64,000 nucleotides of DNA from Nitrospinota bacterium (GTDB lineage Bacteria; Nitrospinota_A; UBA7883; JACRLM01): positions 681,015 to 745,014 of the forward strand of contig JACQXA010000004.1 in assembly GCA_016208975.1 (NCBI GenBank). The letters run 5' to 3'. Made by a program: the position numbers and the translations under genes. A model generated the notes under the pieces. The model saw only the letters and a program-made list of their open reading frames with translations, ran no database searches and was not told where the DNA came from. This document shows, piece by piece, positions 19,123-29,833 of this stretch. Positions within the stretch are counted from its first letter, which is position 1. The number at the start of each line of letters is the position of its first letter.

Positions 19123-20175
19123 TTATTTCCCGGAAATCTCCACGCGGTCGCCGTCCACCAAACTCCGCTGGCCAGATATAACCAGCTCATCCCCGGCCGC
19201 AAGACCGGAGCGCACCAGCGCCAACTCGCCGGAGACATCCTCAATCACAACCCGCCTCTGCCGGGCCGTAACCCCCTTCTCCACCACATACACCGCATGG
19301 CCGTCGGCCAGTTCCACCACGGCGTTCTGCGGGATGATTATGGAATCCGGCCCCAGGCTACGCCCGAAAGTTACCTTGGCGCTCATGTCCGGCAATATCT
19401 TCATATCACCGTTATCCACGGTGACCTCGCAATCGAACACCCGCGTAACAGGGTTCACCGCCGGGGCGATGAAACTTATTTTCCCTTCAAACTCCTTGTC
19501 CGGGAAAGCGTCGAAAGTGACCTTCGCCTTTTTCCCTTCGGAAAAATCCACCATGGATTTTTCCGGCAACCCTACGGAGATTTTTATCGGGTTCACCGCC
19601 ACAAGCCTGGCCAAGGGCTGGCCCGGGGCCACTATGGCGCCCACCTCCACCTCGCGGTTGACCATGGCCCCGGACAGGGGAGCCTTGATGACATGTTTGG
19701 CGAGGTACGCGCTGGCCCCGGCAAGCCGGGCCTCCGCCGCGTCCTGGTTCAGCCTGGCCTGCTCCATCTGAAACTCGGAGACGCCCGCTTTGCGCTCTTC
19801 GAGCGCCTTAAGCTTCCTGTGCTCCAGCGCCGCAAGGTCCCTCGCCGCCTGGGCGGCGGCCACGTCCGCGGCGGCGGTGGAACCGTCCAGCCATAAAAGC
19901 GGCTGGCCCGCTTTCACTCTGGCGCCTTTCTCAAAACCCAGGCGCGCCACCCTTCCCCCGGCCTCGAACGCCAACACCACTTCTTTCCACGCCTTGGCCA
20001 CCCCATTGAGGGTGAGGTCCTGCCTGAACTCGCCCGGCTCGATCTTCGACACTTTGACTTTCACCGTTTTCTTCTCGGCGGCGTTCTGCTGTGGCGGCGC
20101 GGCGGAGCCGGAGCAGGAAACGGCCATGGCCGCCACAGTGAACAGGACAAGGCTAGTTTTGTTTTTTCGCATCAA
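19123..20175 (-). CDS. RND efflux membrane fusion protein (HlyD family), lipoprotein
   Basis: Lipobox AVSC, coiled-coil and beta-barrel adaptor segments; 3 nt before the RND gene. Confidence 0.85.
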   Translation of the reverse strand: MMRKNKTSLVLFTVAAMAVSCSGSAAPPQQNAAEKKTVKVKVSKIEPGEFRQDLTLNGVAKAWKEVVLAFEAGGRVARLGFEKGARVKAGQPLLWLDGSTAAADVAAAQAARDLAALEHRKLKALEERKAGVSEFQMEQARLNQDAAEARLAGASAYLAKHVIKAPLSGAMVNREVEVGAIVAPGQPLARLVAVNPIKISVGLPEKSMVDFSEGKKAKVTFDAFPDKEFEGKISFIAPAVNPVTRVFDCEVTVDNGDMKILPDMSAKVTFGRSLGPDSIIIPQNAVVELADGHAVYVVEKGVTARQRRVVIEDVSGELALVRSGLAAGDELVISGQRSLVDGDRVEISGK

Positions 20176-21496
20176 TCTTCTCCCCGGCGGCGGAAAGGCC
20201 CATGGCGCGGATCAGCCGCGCCCTGGCCACGGCGTGTCCATATAACGTCCGGCCATGGCTTACCTGCGCCATTGTCAAAGCCCCGTGCGCGTCCAACAGC
20301 TCCAGATGCGTCGCCATGCCCACGCGGCGCCTCTCGCTGACTATCCTGTAAGTCTCCCGGGCGTGCTCCACGTTTAGCGACTGGCTCTCCACAAGCTCTT
20401 TGGCCCGCGTAAATTCGTCGAAGGCGGATTTGGCTTCCATAACCGTAAGCCGCTCCGCCCGTTCCATCTCAAGCCTGGCTATCTCCCGCTCGGACAGCCT
20501 CTGGTTCACCCGCGAGGCGCGCTCGGCCCCGTCGAACAGGTTGAGTTCCACTTTCGCGCCCACGTTCCATTCGTTTCGCCAGCCGAAACTGCCGTCGCCA
20601 CGGAAATCGCTATTGGAGCTACGATAGGCCCCGAAAAGCTTGGCGGTGGGATATAGCTCGCTTTTGGCGGCCCGCGCTATATTCTCGGCGGCTTCGTGGC
20701 CGGCACGGGCCGCAAGCAACTCCGGGCGGAAGGCTCGGGCGCTTTCCAGAGCCTCTTCAAGGCTAGTCTCCAGCGGTTCGTAAACCAACTCTCCGTCAAC
20801 TTCCACCGGCTCCAGCGGATCCATGGACACGCTCTCCAAAAGGGCCGACAATGCCCTTGAATAATCGTTCTTCGCGCCTATCAGCGCCGCCCGCGCTTCC
20901 GCCAGGCTTGTGGCGAACCGCATGACATCGTAGCTTGTGGCCAGCCCAAGCGCCTCCCTGTCCCTTGCGTCGGCGTGATGCGCCCCGGCCCGCTCCACCG
21001 TATCCTCATAGGCGCTTATAACCTGTCTGGCCAGAAGAACGGCGAACGCTTTGCTTTTCACGTCCGCCACGGCGTTGTTGAGCGCGGCTGTAACGCCGTT
21101 CTCCGCCATAGCCTCCAGCCGCTTGGCCGCGTCATACCCGGCGCCCACGGCCCCGGAGTAAATCCACTGGTTCAGCGACGCGTCCAGCGAATAGTTTTCG
21201 TCCGGCTGGAAACTCAGGCTCTGGCCCGGCGATATCTCATACTTGGGCACATTCCCCTCATGGCGATAGGTGGCCGAAAAATCGACATCCGGCAGTACCA
21301 GCCCGAAAGCCTCGCTCCGGCGGCTTGTGGCGTGGGCCAGCCGCGCTTTTGCTATTTGCGTGTCCACGCTCCGCTCCCCGGCCATGGACACAAAATCGTC
21401 CACCGTAAGTTTTTTAACGGCCGTCTCCCCGGCGGTGGCCATGGGCGCGCCCGCCATAAAAAATATTGCCGTTACTAAAAAGGTTGCTCTGGTCAC
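20153..21496 (-). CDS. TolC-family outer membrane efflux protein
   Basis: 447 aa, signal peptide, TolC-like repeated coiled-coil layout; overlaps adaptor start. Confidence 0.8.
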   Translation of the reverse strand: MTRATFLVTAIFFMAGAPMATAGETAVKKLTVDDFVSMAGERSVDTQIAKARLAHATSRRSEAFGLVLPDVDFSATYRHEGNVPKYEISPGQSLSFQPDENYSLDASLNQWIYSGAVGAGYDAAKRLEAMAENGVTAALNNAVADVKSKAFAVLLARQVISAYEDTVERAGAHHADARDREALGLATSYDVMRFATSLAEARAALIGAKNDYSRALSALLESVSMDPLEPVEVDGELVYEPLETSLEEALESARAFRPELLAARAGHEAAENIARAAKSELYPTAKLFGAYRSSNSDFRGDGSFGWRNEWNVGAKVELNLFDGAERASRVNQRLSEREIARLEMERAERLTVMEAKSAFDEFTRAKELVESQSLNVEHARETYRIVSERRRVGMATHLELLDAHGALTMAQVSHGRTLYGHAVARARLIRAMGLSAAGEKIDAKKQN

Positions 21497-22125
21497 CTCG
21501 CCTCCGCCTGATTGAAAAACGACCCCACCATGGCCTTTATCTGTTTGAGGTATTCTTTCATGTCCACCCTGGCGCCCATGCTCATAAGCTGGAGAAGCCC
21601 TACATATAAATTGATCAGCGCAATAGACAAAGTCTTCGCGTCCACCCCGGGCGAAAGTTCGCCGCTATTCTGCGCCTGCCGGATAATCTTTGCGAAGGCG
21701 TTTATATGGCTGTCGGTGTTCGACTTGCACGCCTTGAGGATGGCCGGGTTCCGCAACGCCTCGGCCCAAAGCTCCACCTCCAGCCGCACGTCCTGTTTCG
21801 GCATGGAACTAAGCTTTTCAAAAAATATGTCGGCAAGATTGGTAAGCGCCCCGTATGCGCCGCCATCGGAGTTTTCCGACACGTTTTTTATGATGGCGAG
21901 GTTTTCGACCCTTTCCCGTTCCGGCATTGCGGCGATTATCGCCTGTTTGCCGGGGAAATAACGGTACACCGCGCCGGGGCTCATGCCAGCCCGGGCGCAG
22001 ATGTCCTGCATGGTGGTTTTGTGGAATCCGTTACGGGAGAAGCAGGTGCAGGCGGCGTCCACAATCTGCCGTTTTCTGGCTTCCATGTGTTCCACATTCA
22101 TCCTGGGGGCCATTGGATTCTCCAA
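21493..22125 (-). CDS. TetR-family transcriptional regulator
   Basis: N-terminal HTH (KTTMQDICARAGMSPGAVYRYFPGKQAI); 4-nt overlap with tolC-like gene. Confidence 0.8.
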   Translation of the reverse strand: MENPMAPRMNVEHMEARKRQIVDAACTCFSRNGFHKTTMQDICARAGMSPGAVYRYFPGKQAIIAAMPERERVENLAIIKNVSENSDGGAYGALTNLADIFFEKLSSMPKQDVRLEVELWAEALRNPAILKACKSNTDSHINAFAKIIRQAQNSGELSPGVDAKTLSIALINLYVGLLQLMSMGARVDMKEYLKQIKAMVGSFFNQAEAR

Positions 22126-22268
22126 ACAGGCTATAAAAACGAACGTTCGTTCACTATATTGCGAAAAAGCCGTTTACCTGTCAAATATTTTCATGACCGC
22201 ACGGCTCCCGGCAGGCGGGGTTTATAGTAAAATCTGGGTTGGAGTTTAAATTTCGAATTGGAGGAGCT

Positions 22269-23285
22269 ATGTCTGAATGGTTTTACGCCCAGGGCTCGGC
22301 CAGCCAGGGCCCCGTTTCAGAGGATCAGATAAGGGAGCTTTACAAGCTTGGGACGTTGAACGGTGACACCCTGCTGTACGGGCCCGGCATGATGAGTTGG
22401 ACGAAGCTTAAACATCTGCCGCAGTTTACGACGGGTACCGCGTCTGGCGCCTCTATGGCTCCACCGCCGCTGGCCGCCTCCACTCAGGTAGCCCACGAGA
22501 TAGACTACCAGATCGTTGGCGAGGAGATGCAGTTTGTGGAGATCGAACTGGATCCGGAGGAAAGCGCCGTGGCCGAGGCCGGGGCAATGATGTATATGAC
22601 CCAGGAAATAAAAATGTCCACCGTGTTCGGCGACGGGTCCGGCCAGGAGCAGGGAGGGCTGATGGGCAAACTGCTGGGCGCTGGCAAAAGGCTTATCACC
22701 GGCGAGTCTCTCTTCACCACCGTGTTCACCCATGGCGGCCGGGCTGGCAAACAAAGGGTGGCTTTCGCCGCGCCATACCCGGGGAAAATCATCCCGGTGG
22801 ACTTAAGGGACATGGGCGGTAAGCTCATCTGCCAGAAAGACGCGTTCCTGGCGGCGGCCAAGGGCGTTTCCATCGGCATTCATTTCCAGAAGAAGATCGG
22901 CGTGGGCCTTTTTGGCGGCGAAGGTTTCATTATGCAAAAGCTGGAGGGGGACGGATATGTCTTCATCCACGCGGGCGGAACCATCGTGAAAAGAGACCTC
23001 ATGGCGGGCGAAACCCTGAGGGTGGACACCGGTTGCCTTGTGGCCCTGCAACCCTCGGTGAATTTCGACATCGAGTTCGTGGGCAACATAAAATCCGCCC
23101 TGTTCGGCGGGGAAGGCTTCTTCTTCGCAAACCTGCGCGGGCCCGGTACCGTATGGTTGCAATCGCTCCCTTTCTCACGGCTGGCTGGCAGGATACACGC
23201 CGCCGCGCTTCCCGGGCGGGGGAAAGATGAAGGCTCCCTGTTAGGCGGGCTTGCGGGTATCGGCGGAATTCTGGAAGGCGACTGA
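22269..23285 (+). CDS. DUF4339 (GYF-like) / TIGR00266 (AIM24-like) family protein
   Basis: N-terminal [25 protein letters not shown]...MMSWTKL then glycine-rich TIGR00266-like body; SD ggagga. Confidence 0.7.
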   Translation: MSEWFYAQGSASQGPVSEDQIRELYKLGTLNGDTLLYGPGMMSWTKLKHLPQFTTGTASGASMAPPPLAASTQVAHEIDYQIVGEEMQFVEIELDPEESAVAEAGAMMYMTQEIKMSTVFGDGSGQEQGGLMGKLLGAGKRLITGESLFTTVFTHGGRAGKQRVAFAAPYPGKIIPVDLRDMGGKLICQKDAFLAAAKGVSIGIHFQKKIGVGLFGGEGFIMQKLEGDGYVFIHAGGTIVKRDLMAGETLRVDTGCLVALQPSVNFDIEFVGNIKSALFGGEGFFFANLRGPGTVWLQSLPFSRLAGRIHAAALPGRGKDEGSLLGGLAGIGGILEGD

Positions 23286-23875
23286 TGAGCGATAACGCCG
23301 TGGCTGTAAGTGGCGCGCCGGTGGTGATAGGCATCACCGGCGCCTCCGGCGTAATCTACGGAATCCGCCTTATGGAATCCCTCCGCAAGTGCGCGCCGGA
23401 GGCTCCCATACATCTGGTAATTACGCCCGCGGGCGAAAAGAACATCGGTATCGAGACAGGCTGGGCCCTAGAAAAAGTCCGGGCCCTGGCCCACGTTGTC
23501 CATGACTATCACAATCTGGCGGCGCCTGTCTCAAGCGGCACGTTCAAAACCCGAGGGATGGTTGTGGCGCCTTGCTCGATGCGCACATTGTCCGACATAG
23601 CTTTCTCCCGGGCGGACAATCTTCTGTCGCGGGCGGCGGACGTTACGTTAAAAGAGGGACGCAAACTTATCCTGGTACCCAGGGAAACGCCCCTTCACCG
23701 GGGCCATTTGGAGCTGTTATTGAAGGCGTCAACTCTAGGCGCCGTGATTTTGCCACCCATGCCCGGATTTTATTCGAACCCTCAAACGGTGGACGACATA
23801 GTAAACCACACGGTGGGTAAAATCATGGACCAACTGGGGGTGGAGCATGAGCTGTTCAAACGGTGGGGGCAATAA
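23285..23875 (+). CDS. ubiX: Flavin prenyltransferase UbiX
   Basis: VVIGITGASGVIYG flavoprotein fold, ~196 aa. Confidence 0.85.
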   Translation: MSDNAVAVSGAPVVIGITGASGVIYGIRLMESLRKCAPEAPIHLVITPAGEKNIGIETGWALEKVRALAHVVHDYHNLAAPVSSGTFKTRGMVVAPCSMRTLSDIAFSRADNLLSRAADVTLKEGRKLILVPRETPLHRGHLELLLKASTLGAVILPPMPGFYSNPQTVDDIVNHTVGKIMDQLGVEHELFKRWGQ

Positions 23876-23919
23876 AGTTAAAACAGCTGTTCTTCATTAT
23901 GGGAAGGGAAACCGTCACC

Positions 23920-24738
23920 TCACCAGTACTTCTCCACATGCACCTGGCCTTTGCCCCCCTCTTTAGCCACTTCAAATCCATCCAGTTCCAGTAGCTTCAC
24001 TGTGCTATCGGTCATGTCCGGTGAGCCGCAGACGAAAATATGGGTATCCTCCGGTTTCGGCTGGAACCCGGTTATTGACTTGATGATCTTCCGCGTCCAA
24101 ACATTCTGCACATAGCCGCTCATGCCCACCCAGCCGGCGCGCTCATCTTCCGGGCGGCTGACCACGGGGATGTACGTGAGGTTCCGCTGATGGTAAGACA
24201 GCGTGGAAAGCTCCGCCCTGTAGCCCAAGTCCCATGAGTGGCGCGCGCCATGGATTATGATGAACCTGCGTCCCGCGTCCATGATCATGTTGGAGCGGAT
24301 CATGCTCATAAACGGGGCAAGGCCCGTGCCGGTGGCGATCATTATGATGTTGGCTTCGGGCGGGGCCATGTCTATGGTGAACAGGCCCCGGAACTTCGGC
24401 GACATGTAAAACCTGTCCCCCTCCAGCAGGTTAAAAAGCCTTGGCGTCAGCTGGCCGGACCGTATCATGGTGATGTAGAACTCCAGGTACTCCTTGTTCT
24501 TCGATGAAGTGGTGATGGAGTAGGGGCGTTTTATCATCCTGGAGCCTTCAGCTATATCTTGCCCCTCCGGATCAGACAGCCAGTATCTCTTCGCGGAGGA
24601 AGGCAAACCCAAAATGGCGAACTGGCCGGGGGTAAAATCCGGAAGCTCCCATCCGTCCGGCCGCGCCTGCAGGATAATAAGCCCGGGGGCAACCTCCACC
24701 CGTTTCGTTACCACCGCGTTAAGCCTGTCGTCTTCCAT
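23920..24738 (-). CDS. fpr: Ferredoxin-NADP+ reductase
   Basis: RPYSI FAD-binding motif and GTGLAPF NADP motif. Confidence 0.8.
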   Translation of the reverse strand: MEDDRLNAVVTKRVEVAPGLIILQARPDGWELPDFTPGQFAILGLPSSAKRYWLSDPEGQDIAEGSRMIKRPYSITTSSKNKEYLEFYITMIRSGQLTPRLFNLLEGDRFYMSPKFRGLFTIDMAPPEANIIMIATGTGLAPFMSMIRSNMIMDAGRRFIIIHGARHSWDLGYRAELSTLSYHQRNLTYIPVVSRPEDERAGWVGMSGYVQNVWTRKIIKSITGFQPKPEDTHIFVCGSPDMTDSTVKLLELDGFEVAKEGGKGQVHVEKYW

Positions 24739-24856
24739 ATCCGTCCAGCGTCACATTATTTACCGGCAAGGATAGTTGTTTAATCCCCGTCTGTAAATGA
24801 AAACCCCGGGACTCTGTTGGAATCCCGGGGCTGGTTTGCGGTTTAAGCCGTAGCGG

Positions 24857-25873
24857 TTACGCCGGTGTCACACTTACCGTAGCCACCGTCGGCTGGCAAC
24901 CGGAGCCAGATCCGCCAGAGTAGGAGAAAGTGTACGGGAGCGTGCTTCCGTCACCAACCAATGTGATGCTACCCTCGTAGATGCCGGGCCCGCCCCACTG
25001 CGTCAGGGTCATGGTGCTTGACGTGGAGCCGCTGACAATCACCTCAACAGTATCGGCGGACTGGTTTGAATCCACCACCACGATGGACACAACCGTGCTT
25101 GCGCCTAGCCCTTTGCTGACCGAAGTCGGATTTGCGGTTATAGTGGCCGCCGTGCAGGCAGTAGCGCCGCCCAACGTAACGTTTATCTGGGCGGTTTGCC
25201 CCTCTTTGTCAATTGCATCGAGGGTATATACCGTACCTGTAAAGGCCGCGGCGTCCACCACGTACAATTCAATGGTGGTATCATTCACCACGTTGAACGC
25301 CAGCACCCTCGGGTCGGAAACAAACCACTCGATAGGCGGCAATCCGCCCCTGGCATAAACGTAAACCCCCGGAGCGCTAACGTCTGTTATGGTTATGGAG
25401 GCGGGCAGGATGGTTAGTGTGGCGAAATCGAATGAAAGGGGCACTGTAGCCTCCACGTCCAGCGACCGCGCCACCATGTCTATCCTGCCGGTGGATGTGG
25501 TGCCCTGTGCGCCAGCCACAAAGGTGGCCCGGGCCTTGCCGCTCCTGTCGGCCATGTAATAGGTGAACCCGTCGAGGGTGTTCACCGTGCCGCCGGTAAA
25601 TGTCCCGTACCCGGATGGAACATAGAAGCCCACCAGCGAAGACAGCCCGCTCACCGTGGCCGTCACCTCGATGGAGTCGCGGGCGTTCGCCCGGATGGAG
25701 TACCTGCCCTCGGAGTCCTTGGAAGCTCCGGTCACGTCCAGCGTAAGGCTGGGGGCGGAGGATGGTATTGTTTCGGAGTTTGTCTTACCGCAACCGGTCA
25801 ACGTGGCCGTAGCAAAGGCCATGACAGCCGCGATGACCATTCCCGTTTTGGCCCAACGCCGGTTCCTGTTCAT
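24857..25873 (-). CDS. Hypothetical lipoprotein with repeated Ig-like beta-rich segments
   Basis: Lipobox LTGC after signal peptide; Thr/Ser/Val-rich. Confidence 0.6.
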   Translation of the reverse strand: MNRNRRWAKTGMVIAAVMAFATATLTGCGKTNSETIPSSAPSLTLDVTGASKDSEGRYSIRANARDSIEVTATVSGLSSLVGFYVPSGYGTFTGGTVNTLDGFTYYMADRSGKARATFVAGAQGTTSTGRIDMVARSLDVEATVPLSFDFATLTILPASITITDVSAPGVYVYARGGLPPIEWFVSDPRVLAFNVVNDTTIELYVVDAAAFTGTVYTLDAIDKEGQTAQINVTLGGATACTAATITANPTSVSKGLGASTVVSIVVVDSNQSADTVEVIVSGSTSSTMTLTQWGGPGIYEGSITLVGDGSTLPYTFSYSGGSGSGCQPTVATVSVTPA

Positions 25874-25924
25874 CTTAGCATCCCACCTTCCAAAGGTTTT
25901 TGTCGTCATAAACGCCACGGAGCG

Positions 25925-27025
25925 TCAGCCGCCCCGCCTGCGTTCCCTTAATGCCTCTAACACCTCGCCGCGGGTAACATCTCCGCGAACCGAGCATTTG
26001 CCTATTCCGTCCAGAAGGGCGAACCGCACAACGCCGGCTTTCGCCTTCTTGTCCCGCTCCATGGCCGCAAGCAGGGCTCCTGGTTCAATGTCCCGCGGAA
26101 TTTCCGCCGGAAGCCCCGCCCGCCTGATCAGCGAGATTACCCTTTCAGCCTCGGCGGCGCCAAGCCCGCCTTTCATTCTTGAAAGACTGGCCGCCACCGC
26201 CATTCCCATGGCCACCGCGTGGCCGTGGGTGAACCTTTTGTACCGGGTCACCGCCTCCACCGCGTGCCCCGCGGTGTGGCCGAAATTCAGTATGGCCCTA
26301 AGGCCCGATTCCCGCTCATCAGCCCCAACTATCTCCGCCTTCATCCGGCAAGAGACCTCAACGCAGTATGCGGTCACGCCCGGCTGAAGGGCCACCAGTT
26401 CTTCAACGTGTTTCTCAAGATACCTAAAGAAGCCCGCCGAACCTATGCATCCGTATTTTATAACTTCCGCCACCCCGCCCAAAACTTCCTTTTCGGGCAA
26501 TGTGGCCAGCGCTCCAACATCCGAGATAACCAGGCTCGGCTGGTGAAACGCCCCGATAAGGTTCTTGCCTTTCGGGTGGTTCACCCCGGTTTTCCCGCCC
26601 ACCGAGCTGTCCACCTGGGCCAGCAACGTGGTGGGCGCCTGCGCGAACCGCACGCCGCGCATATATGTCGCCGCGGCGAACCCGGTTATGTCGCCTATCA
26701 CTCCACCGCCCAGCGCCAGCGCCAGGCAGTCCCTGTCGTACTTCCCTTCCACCAGCCGGTCATGTATCCGGCCTGCGGTTTCCATGGTCTTGAACTCCTC
26801 ACCATCGGGAAGCAGGAGCTTTTCCCACTTCACGCCGGCCTTCGTGAGCCCTTCGCCAAGCCTGCGTCCGTACAGCCCGAATACCTTGCGGTTCGAAACC
26901 ATAAGGACCCGGCCGCCAAGCCCGGCTACAAGCCGCCCGGCCTTATCGCCCAGCAGGCTTTCGCCAATAATTATATCGTAGGAGCGGGAGCCTAAAGGCA
27001 CCCGCGCCCTTCGGGTCTTTACCAC
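25925..27025 (-). CDS. aroB: 3-dehydroquinate synthase
   Basis: GGGVIGD nucleotide motif and metal-binding His block (FGHTAGHAVE). Confidence 0.9.
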   Translation of the reverse strand: MVKTRRARVPLGSRSYDIIIGESLLGDKAGRLVAGLGGRVLMVSNRKVFGLYGRRLGEGLTKAGVKWEKLLLPDGEEFKTMETAGRIHDRLVEGKYDRDCLALALGGGVIGDITGFAAATYMRGVRFAQAPTTLLAQVDSSVGGKTGVNHPKGKNLIGAFHQPSLVISDVGALATLPEKEVLGGVAEVIKYGCIGSAGFFRYLEKHVEELVALQPGVTAYCVEVSCRMKAEIVGADERESGLRAILNFGHTAGHAVEAVTRYKRFTHGHAVAMGMAVAASLSRMKGGLGAAEAERVISLIRRAGLPAEIPRDIEPGALLAAMERDKKAKAGVVRFALLDGIGKCSVRGDVTRGEVLEALRERRRGG

Positions 27026-27043
27026 TAAACCGCCAACCGATCT

Positions 27044-27514
27044 TTAGGCGCCAGTAGTGCCGCCGGTGCTTCCACCGCCGCTGGTGGACGGTATCACCTG
27101 CACCGGTATGGTCAGGGACATATCCTCCACCGTACCGGTAACGTAAATTATGCTACCAGCCGTCCCCTTAACCTCCAAAACACCAAAGAAGAACCCGTTG
27201 CTGTCCGTAACCCCCGAGGTGGATGTGTCCGGCCCGGCAAGGATCACCGAAACCCCGCCCGCCACGTTGCCGCGGGAATCGTGGACCTGCACGGTGAAAG
27301 TGACGGTGCCGTTGCTCTGTACGATTATAGGGGCTACCGACAAGTCAAAGTAATATCTGCTGGGATAAGTGGGGCCCACCGGGCCCACCTTCTCCTCCGC
27401 GGAGTTCTGTTCACCGGCGGAACCGCACTGAGTGAGCGCCAGAGGCGCCAGCAGAAGCGCGCCGATTACCAGTATCTTCTTCCAGTTAATCGCGTTATCC
27501 ATTGTCTTTGCCAC
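27044..27514 (-). CDS. Hypothetical lipoprotein downstream of pilQ
   Basis: Signal peptide with lipobox LTQC, Gly/Ser-rich tail. Confidence 0.6.
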   Translation of the reverse strand: MAKTMDNAINWKKILVIGALLLAPLALTQCGSAGEQNSAEEKVGPVGPTYPSRYYFDLSVAPIIVQSNGTVTFTVQVHDSRGNVAGGVSVILAGPDTSTSGVTDSNGFFFGVLEVKGTAGSIIYVTGTVEDMSLTIPVQVIPSTSGGGSTGGTTGA

Positions 27515-27523
27515 CTTCAGTTT

Positions 27524-29830
27524 TCAGTCCACGATTTTCGGCGTTATGAAAATCAGCAGTTCCTGGTTGTTCTTTGTCGTGCCGTCGTTCTTGAACAGCC
27601 ATCCCAACAGCGGTATCCTGCCCAGCCCGGGAACCATGGCCTGGGACGTGTTGGTGCTATCCTCGAAAAGACCGCCCAGGACCGCCGTCTCCCCATCTGC
27701 CACCAGCACTTCCGTCTTGGCCATCCTGGTCTCTATCGGGGGCGGACTGCCGGCCAGCGGCCTGTCCTTGTTAACCTGCAGGGTAAGCCTCATGTGCTTG
27801 TCCGGAGTCACATGGGGGGTGACTTTCAGCGAAAGCACCGCTTTCTTAAACTCGGTCTTGGTGCCTTCGGCCGAAGTGGTCTGGTAAGGAACTTCCTGGC
27901 CCGACTCTATCACCGCCTCTTTGTTGTTCATGGTGGTGATCTTCGGGTTGGAGATTATAACCGCCTCGCTGTTCTGCTCCAGGGCCATAAGCCTGGCGTC
28001 CAAAAGCGCCGTGCCGTTTACGGAACCAAGCGTAAGCCCGATGCCTGAAAGCGCCCCGCCGGCCCCGGCCGTTATCGGGAAGTTCACCGCCGAGCCGCCG
28101 CCGCCGGACGTAATGTTCGGCGAAGACACGCCAGTGCCGCCGGTTACCCCTATGGTGTTGGGGAACAGCGCTCCGGTGGTGTTGTTATAATAGCCGCCCC
28201 ACACTATGCCCAGGTTCTTCACCTTGTCGTGGGTGGCGGAAACAATCTTGGCCTCTATGAGAACCTGGGTTTCCTTCTTGTCCAGCTTCTCTATAAGGCT
28301 GGCCATCTCGGCCAGTTTCTCCTTGGTGTCCTTTACGATGATGCTGTTGGTGCGCTCGTTTATCTCCACCGAGCCCCGCTCGCTCTTCATCGAGTCCAGG
28401 TTCTTCTTGAGCTTGTCAGCGGCCTCGTAGTTCACCTCGAAAACCCGGGTGTACAGGGGCACAATCTTGGCCTCCGACTCCTTGGTCTTCACGGCGGTCT
28501 CCTTCTCCTTGGAGATCTCCTCGGTGGTGGCCACCCGGATTATGTTGCCCTCCTGGATCTTGTCCAGCCCGTTATTCTTGAGTATCACGTCCAGCGCCTG
28601 GTCCCACGGAACGTTCTTCAGCTTCATGGTCACCTGGCCCTTCACCTTCTCGGAGGTGATTATGTTGAGCCCCGCCACGTCGGCAATGATCCGCAGGATG
28701 TTATGGATGTCGGCCTTCTGGAAATCCAGCGAGATGCGCGCCCCGGCGTAAATGGCATCCTGCGCGCCTATCATTTCTTTCTCGGCCTCGGCGGCGGCTT
28801 TAGCCTTGGTGTCGGATACCTCCGTAGCCATGGCCAGCACCGTTTCCTCACCCATGTCCAAAAGGATCCTGTTGCCCTGGGTGGCTATGTTGTAAAGGGT
28901 CATCTCCTCCAGGTTAACCACAACCTTGGCTATGGGCGACTTGCCAGAGCGGAACTGGAACGCCGCGACGTTCTTGATTATGGAGCCTTCCGCGCTCACG
29001 CTTATCAACCGCTCGTCTTTTGCGTCTATTATCGTGTTGGGCAGGTCCACCGTAAGCCTGTTCATGTTGGCCCTGCTCAAAAGCTCATAGGCTGGCTCCG
29101 GCCTGGCCATGGTGATCTCCACCCGGCCCAGCTTTTTGTCCAGCTGGATGAACTTTACGTCCACGACCCGGTTTTGCCCTTCTTTAAGGGGAGTTTCAGC
29201 GACCAGCATGGTAGCGGGCGCCGCCTGTTCAGCGGCCATTACAGGCGCGGGCTCCACCACGGCGGGCTTAGCCTCTGGCTCGGCGGCAGGCGCTACCGCC
29301 GGCTCCGGGGCCGCCACTGGCTCTGCCTGCGCGGCCATCACCGGCGCAGGGGACTCCGGGGCTGGCACAGGGGCCTGTTCGGCCTCCATGGCTCCGGCCT
29401 TGGTTATAAGTATCCTCAAAGCGCCGGGATCGGAGCTGTCCACCGAGAAACTCACGTCATTGTTAAGCTCTATCTCCAGCCGCGAGTCGTTGGACTTGGC
29501 GAAGTAATAGGGCTTCACGTTCTTTACAAGCTCATGATTCACCGGCACGGTCGCCTGGAACATGGACATATCCACGTTGGACATGTCCACGATCAGCCTG
29601 GGCGGATCCGCAAGCTTGAACGCGGTGTGGGTTATGGGTCCGTCGGCCTCGAGCCTCACCTCCACCCGGTCCTCAGCCCCGGTTGTGGACAGGTCCTTAA
29701 CAGAGGTTGACCCGGCCACGGCCGTTTGGCTTTCCGTGGACTTGGTTAACGCCTTCTCACTGGCGCATGCCGCGACAGCCAGTGGCAAGGCTAGGAAGAT
29801 ATACACCAACCTCCTGGGGAACGTAATCAC
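27524..29830 (-). CDS. pilQ: Type IV pilus secretin PilQ
   Basis: Secretin C-domain (NPKITTMNNKEAVIESGQEVPY, VPGLGRIPLLGWLF, LLIFITPKIV) with Ala/Pro-rich N-terminal region. Confidence 0.85.
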   Translation of the reverse strand: MITFPRRLVYIFLALPLAVAACASEKALTKSTESQTAVAGSTSVKDLSTTGAEDRVEVRLEADGPITHTAFKLADPPRLIVDMSNVDMSMFQATVPVNHELVKNVKPYYFAKSNDSRLEIELNNDVSFSVDSSDPGALRILITKAGAMEAEQAPVPAPESPAPVMAAQAEPVAAPEPAVAPAAEPEAKPAVVEPAPVMAAEQAAPATMLVAETPLKEGQNRVVDVKFIQLDKKLGRVEITMARPEPAYELLSRANMNRLTVDLPNTIIDAKDERLISVSAEGSIIKNVAAFQFRSGKSPIAKVVVNLEEMTLYNIATQGNRILLDMGEETVLAMATEVSDTKAKAAAEAEKEMIGAQDAIYAGARISLDFQKADIHNILRIIADVAGLNIITSEKVKGQVTMKLKNVPWDQALDVILKNNGLDKIQEGNIIRVATTEEISKEKETAVKTKESEAKIVPLYTRVFEVNYEAADKLKKNLDSMKSERGSVEINERTNSIIVKDTKEKLAEMASLIEKLDKKETQVLIEAKIVSATHDKVKNLGIVWGGYYNNTTGALFPNTIGVTGGTGVSSPNITSGGGGSAVNFPITAGAGGALSGIGLTLGSVNGTALLDARLMALEQNSEAVIISNPKITTMNNKEAVIESGQEVPYQTTSAEGTKTEFKKAVLSLKVTPHVTPDKHMRLTLQVNKDRPLAGSPPPIETRMAKTEVLVADGETAVLGGLFEDSTNTSQAMVPGLGRIPLLGWLFKNDGTTKNNQELLIFITPKIVD

Positions 29831-29833
29831 GGA

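Noticed and set aside
28229-29710. 493 aa plus-strand ORF inside pilQ
   Set aside because: Low-complexity Gly/Leu/His/Arg-rich translation with no motifs; opposite strand encodes a convincing secretin.
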